Source: Acidobacteriota bacterium (GTDB lineage: Bacteria; Acidobacteriota; Thermoanaerobaculia; Multivoradales; JAGPDF01). Taken from it: a stretch of DNA of 64,000 nucleotides. Under the pieces are notes generated by a model, which made no database searches, was not told the origin of the DNA, and worked only from the letters and a program-made list of their open reading frames with translations. The position numbers were made by a program, and so were the translations under genes. Shown here piece after piece: positions 9,097 to 18,021 of this stretch; position 1 is the first letter of the stretch, and every line of letters starts with the position of its first letter. The stretch covers positions 21,153 to 85,152 of the forward strand of contig WYBK01000242.1 in NCBI GenBank assembly GCA_011525905.1, in the 5' to 3' direction.

Positions 9097-10331
9097 GCCC
9101 CGAGGGTCGTGCCGGGAGCCGGATCCTGCTCGGCGTCTCGGGCGGCATCGCCGCCTACAAGGCGCCCGAGCTGGTGCGGCGTCTGCGCGACCGGGGTTTC
9201 GCAGTCCGCTGCGCGCTGACGCGCGCGGCGGAGTCGTTCGTCGCGCCACTGACGCTCGAGGTCGTGACCGGAGCGCCGGTCCACCGGGGGGAGTGGCTCG
9301 AGGCCAACGGCAGCGGGCGCGAGCTGCACATCGACGCCGCTGATTGGGCCGACCTGCTCTGCCTGGCGCCGGCGACCGCGCATCTCCTGGCTCGCCTCGC
9401 GCTCGGCCTGGGCGACGACTTCGTGACCACGACGGCGCTCGCCTTCTCGGGCCCGATCGTCGCCGCGCCCGCGATGCACGCGCGCATGTGGGGCCAGGCG
9501 GCCCTCCAGGCCCACCTCGAGACGCTGCGCGCACGGGGCGTGCGGTTGGTCGGGCCGGTCGAGGGGCCGCTGGCGTCGGGCGAAGTGGGAATGGGGCGGA
9601 TGGCCGAGGTCCCCGACATCGTCGCCGCGGTCGAGGAGCGCCTGAGGCCCGGCGATCTGGCAGGGCGCACGGTTCTGGTGACGGCGGGACCGACCCACGA
9701 GCCGATCGATCCGGTCCGCTACCTCGGCAATCGCTCGAGCGGCAAGATGGGCTTCGCGCTGGCCGCCGAAGCGGCGCGCCGCGGTGCCCGGACCTGGCTG
9801 GTCGCCGGGCCGGTCGCCCTGCCGACGCCTCCCGGAGTCGAGCGGATCGACGTCGTCCGGGCGCTCGAGCTGGAGTCGGAGGTCCGCCGCCTGGCGCCGA
9901 CCGCGGATCTGGTCGTGATGGCCGCGGCGGTCGCCGACTTCCGTCCCGCGCGGCCGGCGGCCACGAAGCTGAAGAAGGAGCGGGGCGCTCCCGGGATCGA
10001 GCTGCTGCCCAACCCCGACATCCTGGCCGCGCTGCGGCAGTGGGCACCGGCGGCATTGCGCGTCGGCTTCGCCGCGGAGACCGACGGGCTCGAGGCCGAG
10101 GCGAGTCGCAAGCTGGAGGCCAAGGGGGCACATCTCCTGGTGGCCAACGACGTCTCTCGCGCCGACATCGGTTTCGGAAGCGACGAAAACGAGGTCTTGG
10201 TATTCCGCCGCGACGCCGAGCCGGTCCGCTTCAGCCGCCGGCCGAAGTCGGAGCTGGCTCGCGACCTGTTCGACCTGTTCGCGAGCGAGCTCGCGCGGAC
10301 GAGCCGTGAGCCGGCCCCCCTGGCTGGCTGA
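9093..10331 (+). CDS. coaBC: Bifunctional phosphopantothenoylcysteine decarboxylase/phosphopantothenate-cysteine ligase
   Basis: The ILLGVSGGIAAYKAPELVRRL flavoprotein N-terminal domain is followed by a GPTHEPIDPVRYLGNRSSGKMG CoaB domain. There is no canonical ATG/GTG near the expected start. The candidates are CTG 9093 (which aligns with E. coli MSLAGKKIVLGVSGG) or GTG 9021 inside rpoZ. The start is uncertain. Confidence 0.8.
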   Translation: MSPEGRAGSRILLGVSGGIAAYKAPELVRRLRDRGFAVRCALTRAAESFVAPLTLEVVTGAPVHRGEWLEANGSGRELHIDAADWADLLCLAPATAHLLARLALGLGDDFVTTTALAFSGPIVAAPAMHARMWGQAALQAHLETLRARGVRLVGPVEGPLASGEVGMGRMAEVPDIVAAVEERLRPGDLAGRTVLVTAGPTHEPIDPVRYLGNRSSGKMGFALAAEAARRGARTWLVAGPVALPTPPGVERIDVVRALELESEVRRLAPTADLVVMAAAVADFRPARPAATKLKKERGAPGIELLPNPDILAALRQWAPAALRVGFAAETDGLEAEASRKLEAKGAHLLVANDVSRADIGFGSDENEVLVFRRDAEPVRFSRRPKSELARDLFDLFASELARTSREPAPLAG

Positions 10332-11043
10332 CGCGCTCGCCTACCTGGACGACCTCGGTTTCCAAGAGGTCTACCGGCGGGCGCGCGGCGGCGTCGTCCA
10401 CGCGCCGGAGAGCCTGGTCGCATCGACCGATGGAGACCCGCGGCGCGAGACCGAGCCGGTCGAGACGCTCTTCACACGGCTGGCGCGCGAGGTGGCCGAA
10501 TGCCGCCGGTGCCGGCTCTGCGAGCAGCGCCGGCAGGCGGTCTTCGGCGACGGCGATCCGCGCGCACGGCTGATGTTCGTCGGCGAGGGCCCGGGCGCCG
10601 AGGAGGACCGTCAGGGGCTCCCGTTCGTCGGTCCGGCCGGCGAGCTGCTCAACCGCATCATCGGCGCGATCGGACTGCGCCGGGAGCAGGTCTACATCGC
10701 CAACATCGTCAAGTGCCGCCCGCCCGGCAACCGCGACCCGCAGTCCGACGAGGTCGCGGCGTGCCGGAGCTACCTCGAGGCGCAGATCGACGCGATCCGG
10801 CCGGTCGTCCTGGTAGCGCTCGGAAGGATCGCCGCTCAGGCGCTGCTCGGCAACGACCTGCCGATCGGCAGGATGCGCGGGCTCTGGTACGAGGTTCGAG
10901 GGGTTCCCACGAGGGTCACGTATCACCCGGCCGCGCTCCTGCGCAACGCCGATCTGAAACGCCCGACCTGGGAGGACATGCAGCAGGTGCGCGACCGTTT
11001 GGGCGACACGGCCGGGGCCGGCTCGGAGGCTCGCGGGCGGTGA
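10306..11043 (+). CDS. Uracil-DNA glycosylase, family 4
   Basis: Motifs CRRCRLC, LMFVGEGPGAEEDRQGLPFVGPAGELL and YIANIVKCRPPGNR. The 5' end overlaps the coaBC 3' end, and the true start may be downstream (for example GTG about 10393). Confidence 0.8.
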   Translation: MSRPPWLADALAYLDDLGFQEVYRRARGGVVHAPESLVASTDGDPRRETEPVETLFTRLAREVAECRRCRLCEQRRQAVFGDGDPRARLMFVGEGPGAEEDRQGLPFVGPAGELLNRIIGAIGLRREQVYIANIVKCRPPGNRDPQSDEVAACRSYLEAQIDAIRPVVLVALGRIAAQALLGNDLPIGRMRGLWYEVRGVPTRVTYHPAALLRNADLKRPTWEDMQQVRDRLGDTAGAGSEARGR

Positions 11044-12512
11044 CGCGGATCGAGCTGCCGAACATCGTCCCGGCCGGCGGCGGCCGAGTCGACCGGATCC
11101 TCGTGCCGGCCTTCGAGGGAGAGGGCCCCACGGGGCGGCTCGACGGGCCGGTGAGCGCCGTCGCGGCCCGCCTCGCCGGGCGCACGGGCTGGCGCGGGGC
11201 GGTGGGGCAGGTCGCGGAGGCAGAGTCCGCGCAGGGCGCGGTCGAGCTGCGCGGACTGGGCGCGCCCGCCGTGCTCGACGCGCGCGCGCTCGCCGGCTGG
11301 CTCGAATCGGCGCTCGAGGCGGCGCGCGTCGCCGGCGCCCGAAGCGTCCGGCTGCTGCTGCCCGATCATCCGGTCGCCCGCGGCCGAGTGGCGACCGAGC
11401 GCATCGGCCGGCAGGCGGCGCTGGCGACCCATCGCTTCGAGCGCTTCCGCTCCGAGCCCCGGATCGGCCGCCTGGAGCGGATCGAGATCGCCCCGGCTCC
11501 GGGTCCCGCGCCCGGGCATGCGGCGTCTCTGGCGTGCGCGGCGGCGATCGCGGCCGGAGTCGCGCTCGCGCGCGAGCTCGGCAACGCGCCGCCGAACGAG
11601 GCCACGCCCGAGTGGATGGCCGTGGCGGCACGCGACCTGGCCCGCCGCACCGGCGCCTCGGTGCAGGTGCTGGGACCCACGCAGCTGCGGCGGCGGGGCA
11701 TGGGCGGTCTGCTGTCGGTGGGCGGCGGATCGACACACCCGCCGCGGCTCGTGCGCCTCGAGCTCGGCGAGGGAAGCCAGACGGTCGCCCTGGTCGGAAA
11801 AGGAGTCACCTTCGACACCGGCGGCATTTCGATCAAGCCCGCGGCGCAGATGGACGAGATGAAGTGGGACAAGTGCGGCGCCTGTGCGGCGCTCGGCGTG
11901 GTCGAGGCCTTCGCCCGGCTCGAGCCGCCCGTCCGCCTGCGCGTCTACCTGCCGTTCGCCGAGAACATGCCGGACGGCGGCGCCTACCGGCCGGGCGACA
12001 TCGTCCGCTGCGCCAACGGCCGTACGGTCGAGATCGTGAACACCGACGCCGAGGGGCGTATGATCCTGGCCGACGCCCTGAGCTGGGCCGCCGCGGAGCG
12101 TCCGGACCACCTGCTCGAAATGTCGACCCTCACGGGCGCCTGCGAAGTCGCGTTGGGACGGACCGGCGCCGGCCTCTTCACCCCCGACGACGATCTCGCC
12201 GGCGAGCTCCTGACGGCCGCCGAGGAGGCGGGCGAGAGGCTCTGGCGCCTCCCACTCTGGCCGGAGTTCCTGGAGGAGATGAGGGGCACGCACTCCGATC
12301 TCAAGAACTCCGGGGGCCGCTGGGGCGGCGCATCGACCGCCGCGGCCTTCCTCTCCCAGTTCGTCGCGCCGGTCACCCGCTGGGCCCACCTCGACATTGC
12401 CGGTCCCGCCGCCTTGGGCGCGGAGGCCAAGGGCGCGCGGGGTGCCACCGGATACGGCGTGGCGCTCGTCCTGAGGTGGCTCGGCGGTCTGCGGCGCCGG
12501 CGGCGCGGCTGA
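11040..12512 (+). CDS. pepA: Leucyl aminopeptidase (M17 family)
   Basis: Motifs VGKGVTFDTGGISIKP and NTDAEGRMILADAL. GTG start overlapping the UDG stop. Confidence 0.9.
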   Translation: MTRIELPNIVPAGGGRVDRILVPAFEGEGPTGRLDGPVSAVAARLAGRTGWRGAVGQVAEAESAQGAVELRGLGAPAVLDARALAGWLESALEAARVAGARSVRLLLPDHPVARGRVATERIGRQAALATHRFERFRSEPRIGRLERIEIAPAPGPAPGHAASLACAAAIAAGVALARELGNAPPNEATPEWMAVAARDLARRTGASVQVLGPTQLRRRGMGGLLSVGGGSTHPPRLVRLELGEGSQTVALVGKGVTFDTGGISIKPAAQMDEMKWDKCGACAALGVVEAFARLEPPVRLRVYLPFAENMPDGGAYRPGDIVRCANGRTVEIVNTDAEGRMILADALSWAAAERPDHLLEMSTLTGACEVALGRTGAGLFTPDDDLAGELLTAAEEAGERLWRLPLWPEFLEEMRGTHSDLKNSGGRWGGASTAAAFLSQFVAPVTRWAHLDIAGPAALGAEAKGARGATGYGVALVLRWLGGLRRRRRG

Positions 12513-12528
12513 CCGACGGCGAGGCGAG

Positions 12529-13518
12529 ATGGCCGTTCTGCTCGAGGTCCGGGGCTTGGAGGTGAGCTTTCCCGGCCGGGGGCTGCCCGTGACACCCCTG
12601 CGCGGCGCGTCACTCGAAGTCGGCCGCGGCGAGATCGTAGGCTTGGTGGGGGAGTCGGGCGCCGGCAAGACGCTGACGGCGCTCGCCGTCCTCGGCCTGG
12701 TCCCGTCGCCCGGCCGGATCGCAGGCGGCTCGATCCGGCTCGACGGGCGCGAGCTGCTCGGTCTCGACGAAGAGTCGCTGCGCCGGATCCGCGGCGGCGA
12801 GATCGGTCTGATCTTCCAGGAGCCGGCCTCGGCGTTGAACCCGGTCCTGCCGATCGGCCGTCAACTGACGGAAACGGTGCGCGCGCACGGCGTGGCCGAA
12901 TGGGGCGCGGCCCGCTCTCGCGCCCTCGAGCTGCTCCGGCTGGTGGCGTTCGCCGAACCCGAGCGGCGCTTCGACGCTCATGCTCACGAGCTCTCGGGCG
13001 GCGAGCGTCAACGGGTGATGATCGCCCTGGCGCTCGCCGGCGGACCCCGTCTCCTGCTGGCCGACGAGCCGACCGCCGCGCTCGACCTGTCGCGCCAGGC
13101 GGAGATTCTCGACCTCTTGCGCGACCTGCGCGATCGACTCGACCTCGGAGTCGTCCTGATCTCGCACGATCTGGCGGTGATCGAGGAGACCTGCGACCGA
13201 GTCGTGGTGCTCTATCGCGGCGAGGTGGTCGAGTCGGCTCCCGCGGCGGATCTCTTCGACCGGCCGGCCCACCCCTACACACGCGCGCTGGTGGCGGTGA
13301 TGCGCGCTGCCGTTGAGCGGCCGCGGTCGCGGTCACCGCTGCCCGTCGTCCCGGGGCAGCCGCCGAGCGCCACCCAGCGCACGAACGGCTGCGCCTTCCA
13401 TCCCCGTTGCGGCGAGCGGCTGGCCCGGTGCGAGCAGGAGCCGCCTCCCTGGATCGCGTATCCGGCCGGTGGCGTGCGCTGCCACGCGCGGCTGCCGCGG
13501 TCGGGAGCGGAGTCGTGA
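12529..13518 (+). CDS. ABC transporter ATP-binding protein, oligopeptide/dipeptide (DppD/OppD) type
   Basis: Walker A GESGAGKT, signature LSGGERQR, Walker B LLLADEPTAALD and a C-terminal oligopeptide-ABC extension. There is no TMD. Confidence 0.85.
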   Translation: MAVLLEVRGLEVSFPGRGLPVTPLRGASLEVGRGEIVGLVGESGAGKTLTALAVLGLVPSPGRIAGGSIRLDGRELLGLDEESLRRIRGGEIGLIFQEPASALNPVLPIGRQLTETVRAHGVAEWGAARSRALELLRLVAFAEPERRFDAHAHELSGGERQRVMIALALAGGPRLLLADEPTAALDLSRQAEILDLLRDLRDRLDLGVVLISHDLAVIEETCDRVVVLYRGEVVESAPAADLFDRPAHPYTRALVAVMRAAVERPRSRSPLPVVPGQPPSATQRTNGCAFHPRCGERLARCEQEPPPWIAYPAGGVRCHARLPRSGAES

Positions 13519-14543
13519 CCCTGCTCGAGGCGCGCGGGCTGCGCAAGACCTTCGCCCTGCGCTCCCCCTGGCTCCGGCGGGCGGTCGGTTCGTCCGTCGC
13601 CCTCGATGGCGTCGACCTCGACCTGCGCGCCGGGGAGACGCTCGCCTTGGTCGGCGAGTCGGGCAGCGGCAAGACGACGCTGGGGCGCTCGCTGCTTCGC
13701 CTGGTCGAACCGGACGACGGCGAGCTTCGCTTCCGAGGAGAGGACCTGCGCGCCCTGCGCCCCCTCGAGCTGCGCCGGCGCCGGCGCGACCTTCAGATGG
13801 TCTTCCAGGACCCGGGCGCCTCGCTCGACCCGCGCCAGCGGATCGGCGACGCGGTCTTCGAGCCTCTGCGCATCCACCGCCTCGCGCCCCGAGCGGACAG
13901 GAGCTCGCAGGCGCTGCGCCTGCTCGCGGAGGTCGGTCTCACTGCGGAGGTGCTCGAGCGCCATCCCCACGAGCTCTCGGGAGGGCAACGACAGCGGGTC
14001 GCGATCGCGCGGGCGCTCGCGACTCGTCCGGCGCTGGTCGTCGCCGACGAGCCAGTGTCGGCTCTGGACGTCTCGATCCGCGGTCAGATTCTCAACCTGC
14101 TCGCGGACCGCCAGCGAGAACTCGGACTGGCGCTGCTCCTGATCGCCCACGACTTGCTCCTGGTCGGCCGCGTGGCGGACCGGATCGCCGTGCTGCTGCG
14201 CGGCCGGATCGTCGAAGAGGGAGAGGCCGGGCAGGTGCTCGCGCGACCGCTCCATCCGCACACTCGCGCGCTGCTCGCCGCGATTCCGGGCCGGCAGCGG
14301 CGGGCGCGTGGCGCCGGCGGGGTGGTCCGCCGCGGCGTCGCGGTCGAGGGCTGGCTGGGAGGGTGCGCGCATCGGGCGAGCTGTCCCCTGGCGACCGAGC
14401 GCTGCGGCCGAGAGACGCCGGCGCTGGTCGAGAGCCAACCCGGCCATCGCGTCGCCTGTTTCCGGCCGGGAGAGGGGGCGCCTCCGGAGCGCGATGGCGG
14501 CGGAACTTTTGCCCTCGACCGACGTAGTGAGGGGAGACGCTGA
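13515..14543 (+). CDS. ABC transporter ATP-binding protein, oligopeptide/dipeptide (DppF/OppF) type
   Basis: [29 protein letters not shown] and a C-terminal Cys-containing Opp/Dpp tail. GTG start overlapping the previous stop. There is no TMD. Confidence 0.85.
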   Translation: MTLLEARGLRKTFALRSPWLRRAVGSSVALDGVDLDLRAGETLALVGESGSGKTTLGRSLLRLVEPDDGELRFRGEDLRALRPLELRRRRRDLQMVFQDPGASLDPRQRIGDAVFEPLRIHRLAPRADRSSQALRLLAEVGLTAEVLERHPHELSGGQRQRVAIARALATRPALVVADEPVSALDVSIRGQILNLLADRQRELGLALLLIAHDLLLVGRVADRIAVLLRGRIVEEGEAGQVLARPLHPHTRALLAAIPGRQRRARGAGGVVRRGVAVEGWLGGCAHRASCPLATERCGRETPALVESQPGHRVACFRPGEGAPPERDGGGTFALDRRSEGRR

Positions 14544-14563
14544 AGCGTTTCCAACCCAAGAGG

Positions 14564-16204
14564 ATGCCTGGAATGATCGAGACGAGACTCCAAAGGGCGT
14601 GGCGCGCCGCCGCGCTGTTCCTGACGATGGTGCTCCCGGCCGCCGCGATTCCCGCGGCCCGGGCCGCCGAGGCGCCGGACGCAGTCGAGGTCTCCGCGCA
14701 GCCGCTCGCGGCGCCCGGAGCGCCCGAGGTCCGCCAGCGAGGCGCCGAGATCCTGCTGACTCTCGAGGAAGCGGTGGCGATCGCCGTCGAGCGCAATCTC
14801 GGACTGCGTGTCCAGCGCTTCGACCGCCAGCGCTCGCGGCTCGGTATCGAGCAGGCCATGGGCCTCTACGATCTCGGGCTGACCGCGGGCCTCTCGGCGA
14901 GCGACAACGAGAGCCCGGCAGCCTCGAACCTGGACGGCGCCGCGGTCCAGAAGCAGGAATCGCAGAATTTCAGCGTCGGCCTGACGCAGGTGGTCCCGAG
15001 CGGTGGTCGCGCGGCGATCGACTGGACCAACGGGAGGTTCGAGACGAACTCGCAGTTCTCGATCCTCAACCCGTCGTTCAGCACCGGCCTCGATTTCACC
15101 TTCGAGCAGCCGCTGCTGCGCGGCTTCGGGCGGGGAGCCACCGAGTACTCGATCGAGATCGCCAAGAACTCGGACGACATCTCCCGCGAGCTTTTCCTCC
15201 AGCGGGTGATCGAGACGGTCCGTCAGGTCGAGAGCGAGTACTGGCTGCTGGTCGGCTTCCGCTATGCGCTGGTGGTCGCCGAGGAGAGCCTGGCGCTCGC
15301 CGAGGAGCTGCACGCCAACAACCGCACGCGGGTCGAGGTCGGCACCCTGGCACCGCTCGAGCTGGTGCAGAGCGAGGCGGGCATCGCTTCCCGGCGGGAG
15401 GAGATCATCCGCGCCCGCGCCTCCATCGGCGACTCGGAGGACCGGCTGCGCACCCTGCTCAACCTGCCGGCCGGCGAGCTCTGGGCGAAGTCGATCGTGC
15501 CGGAGTCGGAGCAGCAGGTCGAGACCGCCACCTTCGAGCTCGCCGCCTCGCTCGAGGCGGCGCTCGCCAACCGCAGCGAGCTCACCGTGCAGCGCACCTC
15601 GATCCAGGGACTGGAGATCGATCGGGCGTTCTACCGGCAGGAGCTGAAGCCGCGTCTCGATCTGCGCGCCACCTACGGCTTCAACGGCGTCGGCGGCGAC
15701 GTCCTGGTGCGCGATCAGGAGGGCAACGTGCTCGCGGTCGTCGACGGCGGCTGGAGCGATGCCCTCGAGCAGGTCACGGACACCGACTTCCCGGGCTGGT
15801 CGGTCGGAGTCCAGCTCAGCGTGCCGCTGCAGAACCGCCAGGCCAAGGCGCGCGCGGCCATCGCCGAGGTCGCGCTCGACCAGGGGCAGCTCGAGCTCGA
15901 GTCGCTCGAGCAGCAGATCGCCACCGAGGTGCGGACGGCCGTGCGCGCGCTCGACACCGCCCGCCAGCAGATCGAGTCGGCGCAGGTCTCGGTCCGCCTG
16001 GAGGAGAAGAATCTCGACGCCGAGCGCAAGAAGTACGAGAATGGCCTCTCGACGAGCTTCCAGATCCTCCAGGTCCAGGAGGATCTGACGGCGGCGCGCT
16101 ACCGGCTGGTGTCGGCGCAGACCGGCTACCGGCGGGCGATGGTCGAGTACCGCCGGGCGGTCGGCCAACTGCTCGACGACGCCGGCATCCGCGTCGTCGA
16201 CTGA
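14564..16204 (+). CDS. TolC-family outer membrane efflux protein
   Basis: 546 aa with a signal peptide, and two tandem OEP repeats with the characteristic coiled-coil heptads (LTLEEAVAIAVERNLGL ... RYRLVSAQTGYRRAMVEY). Confidence 0.85.
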   Translation: MPGMIETRLQRAWRAAALFLTMVLPAAAIPAARAAEAPDAVEVSAQPLAAPGAPEVRQRGAEILLTLEEAVAIAVERNLGLRVQRFDRQRSRLGIEQAMGLYDLGLTAGLSASDNESPAASNLDGAAVQKQESQNFSVGLTQVVPSGGRAAIDWTNGRFETNSQFSILNPSFSTGLDFTFEQPLLRGFGRGATEYSIEIAKNSDDISRELFLQRVIETVRQVESEYWLLVGFRYALVVAEESLALAEELHANNRTRVEVGTLAPLELVQSEAGIASRREEIIRARASIGDSEDRLRTLLNLPAGELWAKSIVPESEQQVETATFELAASLEAALANRSELTVQRTSIQGLEIDRAFYRQELKPRLDLRATYGFNGVGGDVLVRDQEGNVLAVVDGGWSDALEQVTDTDFPGWSVGVQLSVPLQNRQAKARAAIAEVALDQGQLELESLEQQIATEVRTAVRALDTARQQIESAQVSVRLEEKNLDAERKKYENGLSTSFQILQVQEDLTAARYRLVSAQTGYRRAMVEYRRAVGQLLDDAGIRVVD

Positions 16205-16223
16205 GTCCGCGCGGGAGGCGGCG

Positions 16224-16952
16224 ATGAGCGAAGGCGCTGAGACGCGCCCCATGGGTGGTGGGGGAGGGGGATCGGAAGTCGATCACCTGATCGGCGCCCT
16301 GACCTCCCCGCGCGCCGCCTTCGATGCGATCGCGCAGCGTCCGACCTGGCTGCTGGCCATGGTGCTCCTCGCCGCACTCGGAGCGGCGGCGATCTGGTCC
16401 CTCTATGCCAAGGTCGACGCCTCCGAGTTCCGCTCCTACCTCGAGGGGCGGGGCCAGGCGTTGCCGGCCAACGTGGCGTCCGAGCAGATCCTGGGTTGGA
16501 CGCGCGTCACCTCGATGGTGGGAGCGGCCATCGTGGCGCCCCTGACCTATCTCGTCGTCGCGGCGATCTTCCTCGGGCTGCTGCGCCTGAGCGGCGGCGA
16601 GCTCGACTACCGCCGCAGCCTGTCGGTGACCCTGCACGGGTTCCTGCCGTTCGGCGTAGCGGCGGTGATCGGCCTCGCCATCGCCAGCTTTCGCGAGCAG
16701 GTGACGATGCGCGAGATCGAGGGGGGAGGCCTGGTGCCCTCTCACCTCGGCGCCCTGCTGGGCGACGACGCCGGAGCGGTCGCGCTCGCGGCCGCCTCGA
16801 GCGCCGATCTCTTCTCCCTCTGGTGCATCTTCCTGCTGGGACTCGGATTCTCGCGGGTCGCCCGGGTGAGCCGCGGCAGCGCGCTGGGCGTCGTCGGCGT
16901 GGTCTGGGCGCTGGGGATCGGCATCAAGATCGCCCTGGCGGCGCTGCGCTGA
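16224..16952 (+). CDS. Yip1-domain integral membrane protein
   Basis: 242 aa with 5 predicted TM helices and an N-terminal cytosolic LIGALTSPRAAFDAI segment, an architecture typical of bacterial Yip1/DUF1282 proteins. The assignment comes from pattern memory only. Confidence 0.55.
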   Translation: MSEGAETRPMGGGGGGSEVDHLIGALTSPRAAFDAIAQRPTWLLAMVLLAALGAAAIWSLYAKVDASEFRSYLEGRGQALPANVASEQILGWTRVTSMVGAAIVAPLTYLVVAAIFLGLLRLSGGELDYRRSLSVTLHGFLPFGVAAVIGLAIASFREQVTMREIEGGGLVPSHLGALLGDDAGAVALAAASSADLFSLWCIFLLGLGFSRVARVSRGSALGVVGVVWALGIGIKIALAALR

Positions 16953-16976
16953 GCCGGGCCGCGGGGAGGATCCGAC

Positions 16977-17699
16977 GTGCCGATCATCTCGCTGAGCGAA
17001 GTCCGCAAGCTCTACGACATGGGCGCCGAGCAGGTGCGCGCGCTCGACGGCGTCGACCTGGCGATCGAGCGGGGCGAGTACGTCGCGATCATGGGGCCAT
17101 CGGGCAGCGGCAAGTCGACGCTGATGAACCTGATCGGGTGCCTCGACACGCCGAGCTCGGGCTCCTACGTGCTGAACGGCACCGCGGTCGAAAAGCTCTC
17201 GGACCACGAGCTCGCGGCGATCCGCAACAAGGAGATCGGTTTCGTCTTCCAGACGTTCAACCTGCTGGCGCGCACCGACGCGCTGCAGAACGTCGAGTTG
17301 CCGCTGGTCTACGCCGGCATGCCGCGCCGCGAGCGGCGGGAGCGGGCGGCGCGGGCCCTGGAGCGGGTGGGCCTGGCCGACCGGGCGCACCACCTGCCCA
17401 ACGAGCTCTCGGGCGGCCAGCGCCAGCGGGTCGCAGTCGCCCGCGCGCTGGTCAACGACCCCTCGATCCTGCTCGCCGACGAACCGACCGGCAACCTCGA
17501 CACCGCGACGTCGGAGGAGATCATGGGTCTCTTCGGCGAGCTCCACCGGCAGGGCAACACGGTGCTGCTGGTGACCCACGAGGCGGAGATCGCGGCGCAT
17601 GCCGGGAGGCGGATCCTGCTGCGAGACGGAAAGGTGGTGGCCGACGAGCGGACCGACGCGGTTGTTACCGCGCCGGTCGGCACGCCGGCCGCGAGCTGA
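16977..17699 (+). CDS. ABC transporter ATP-binding protein, MacB/LolD/DevA (ABC_MJ0796) type, stand-alone NBD
   Basis: [34 protein letters not shown] and [11 protein letters not shown]. 240 aa, with no fused FtsX-type TMD. Confidence 0.9.
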   Translation: MPIISLSEVRKLYDMGAEQVRALDGVDLAIERGEYVAIMGPSGSGKSTLMNLIGCLDTPSSGSYVLNGTAVEKLSDHELAAIRNKEIGFVFQTFNLLARTDALQNVELPLVYAGMPRRERRERAARALERVGLADRAHHLPNELSGGQRQRVAVARALVNDPSILLADEPTGNLDTATSEEIMGLFGELHRQGNTVLLVTHEAEIAAHAGRRILLRDGKVVADERTDAVVTAPVGTPAAS

Positions 17700-17764
17700 C
17701 GCTCCCGGGAGCGTGCCGCGGACGAGCGCCTCGCCGGGTGGCCGGAGGAGGAAGGCGCCGCGTC

Positions 17765-17850
17765 TGGTGCCGGAGACAGGACTCGAACCTGCACGGGGTT
17801 GCCCCCGGGGGATTTTGAGTCCCCTGCGTCTGCCATTCCGCCACTCCGGC
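17765..17850 (-). tRNA. tRNA-Leu (anticodon CAA)
   Basis: The reverse complement reads GCCGGAG..GGGGA-CTCAAAA-TCCCC..long variable arm..GGTTCGAGTCC..CTCCGGCACCA. The 7-bp acceptor stem closes, the anticodon loop is U-CAA-A, and there is a class-II long extra arm. Coordinates are about +/-1. Confidence 0.8.
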
Positions 17851-18021
17851 CCGGCGGCATGCTATCCGAGGTCGCGAGCTCTCGATTCCGCCTGGTTTTC
17901 GCCCGAGTGTCCCCTTTCGAGGGCGGCTCGAGGGGGATTCCTCCTTGACGGGAGGGCTCGATTGGCGTATCCTTCACCTGCGGTGGTTAACGTCGCAACC
18001 ATCTGTTAATCAGTCAGTTAG

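Noticed and set aside
17880-18021. Possible sigma70 promoter for carD (TTGACG about 17945 ... TATCCT about 17969)
   Set aside because: It is a plausible hexamer pair in the relatively AT-richer carD leader, but the spacing and -10 quality are marginal. I did not list it as a feature.
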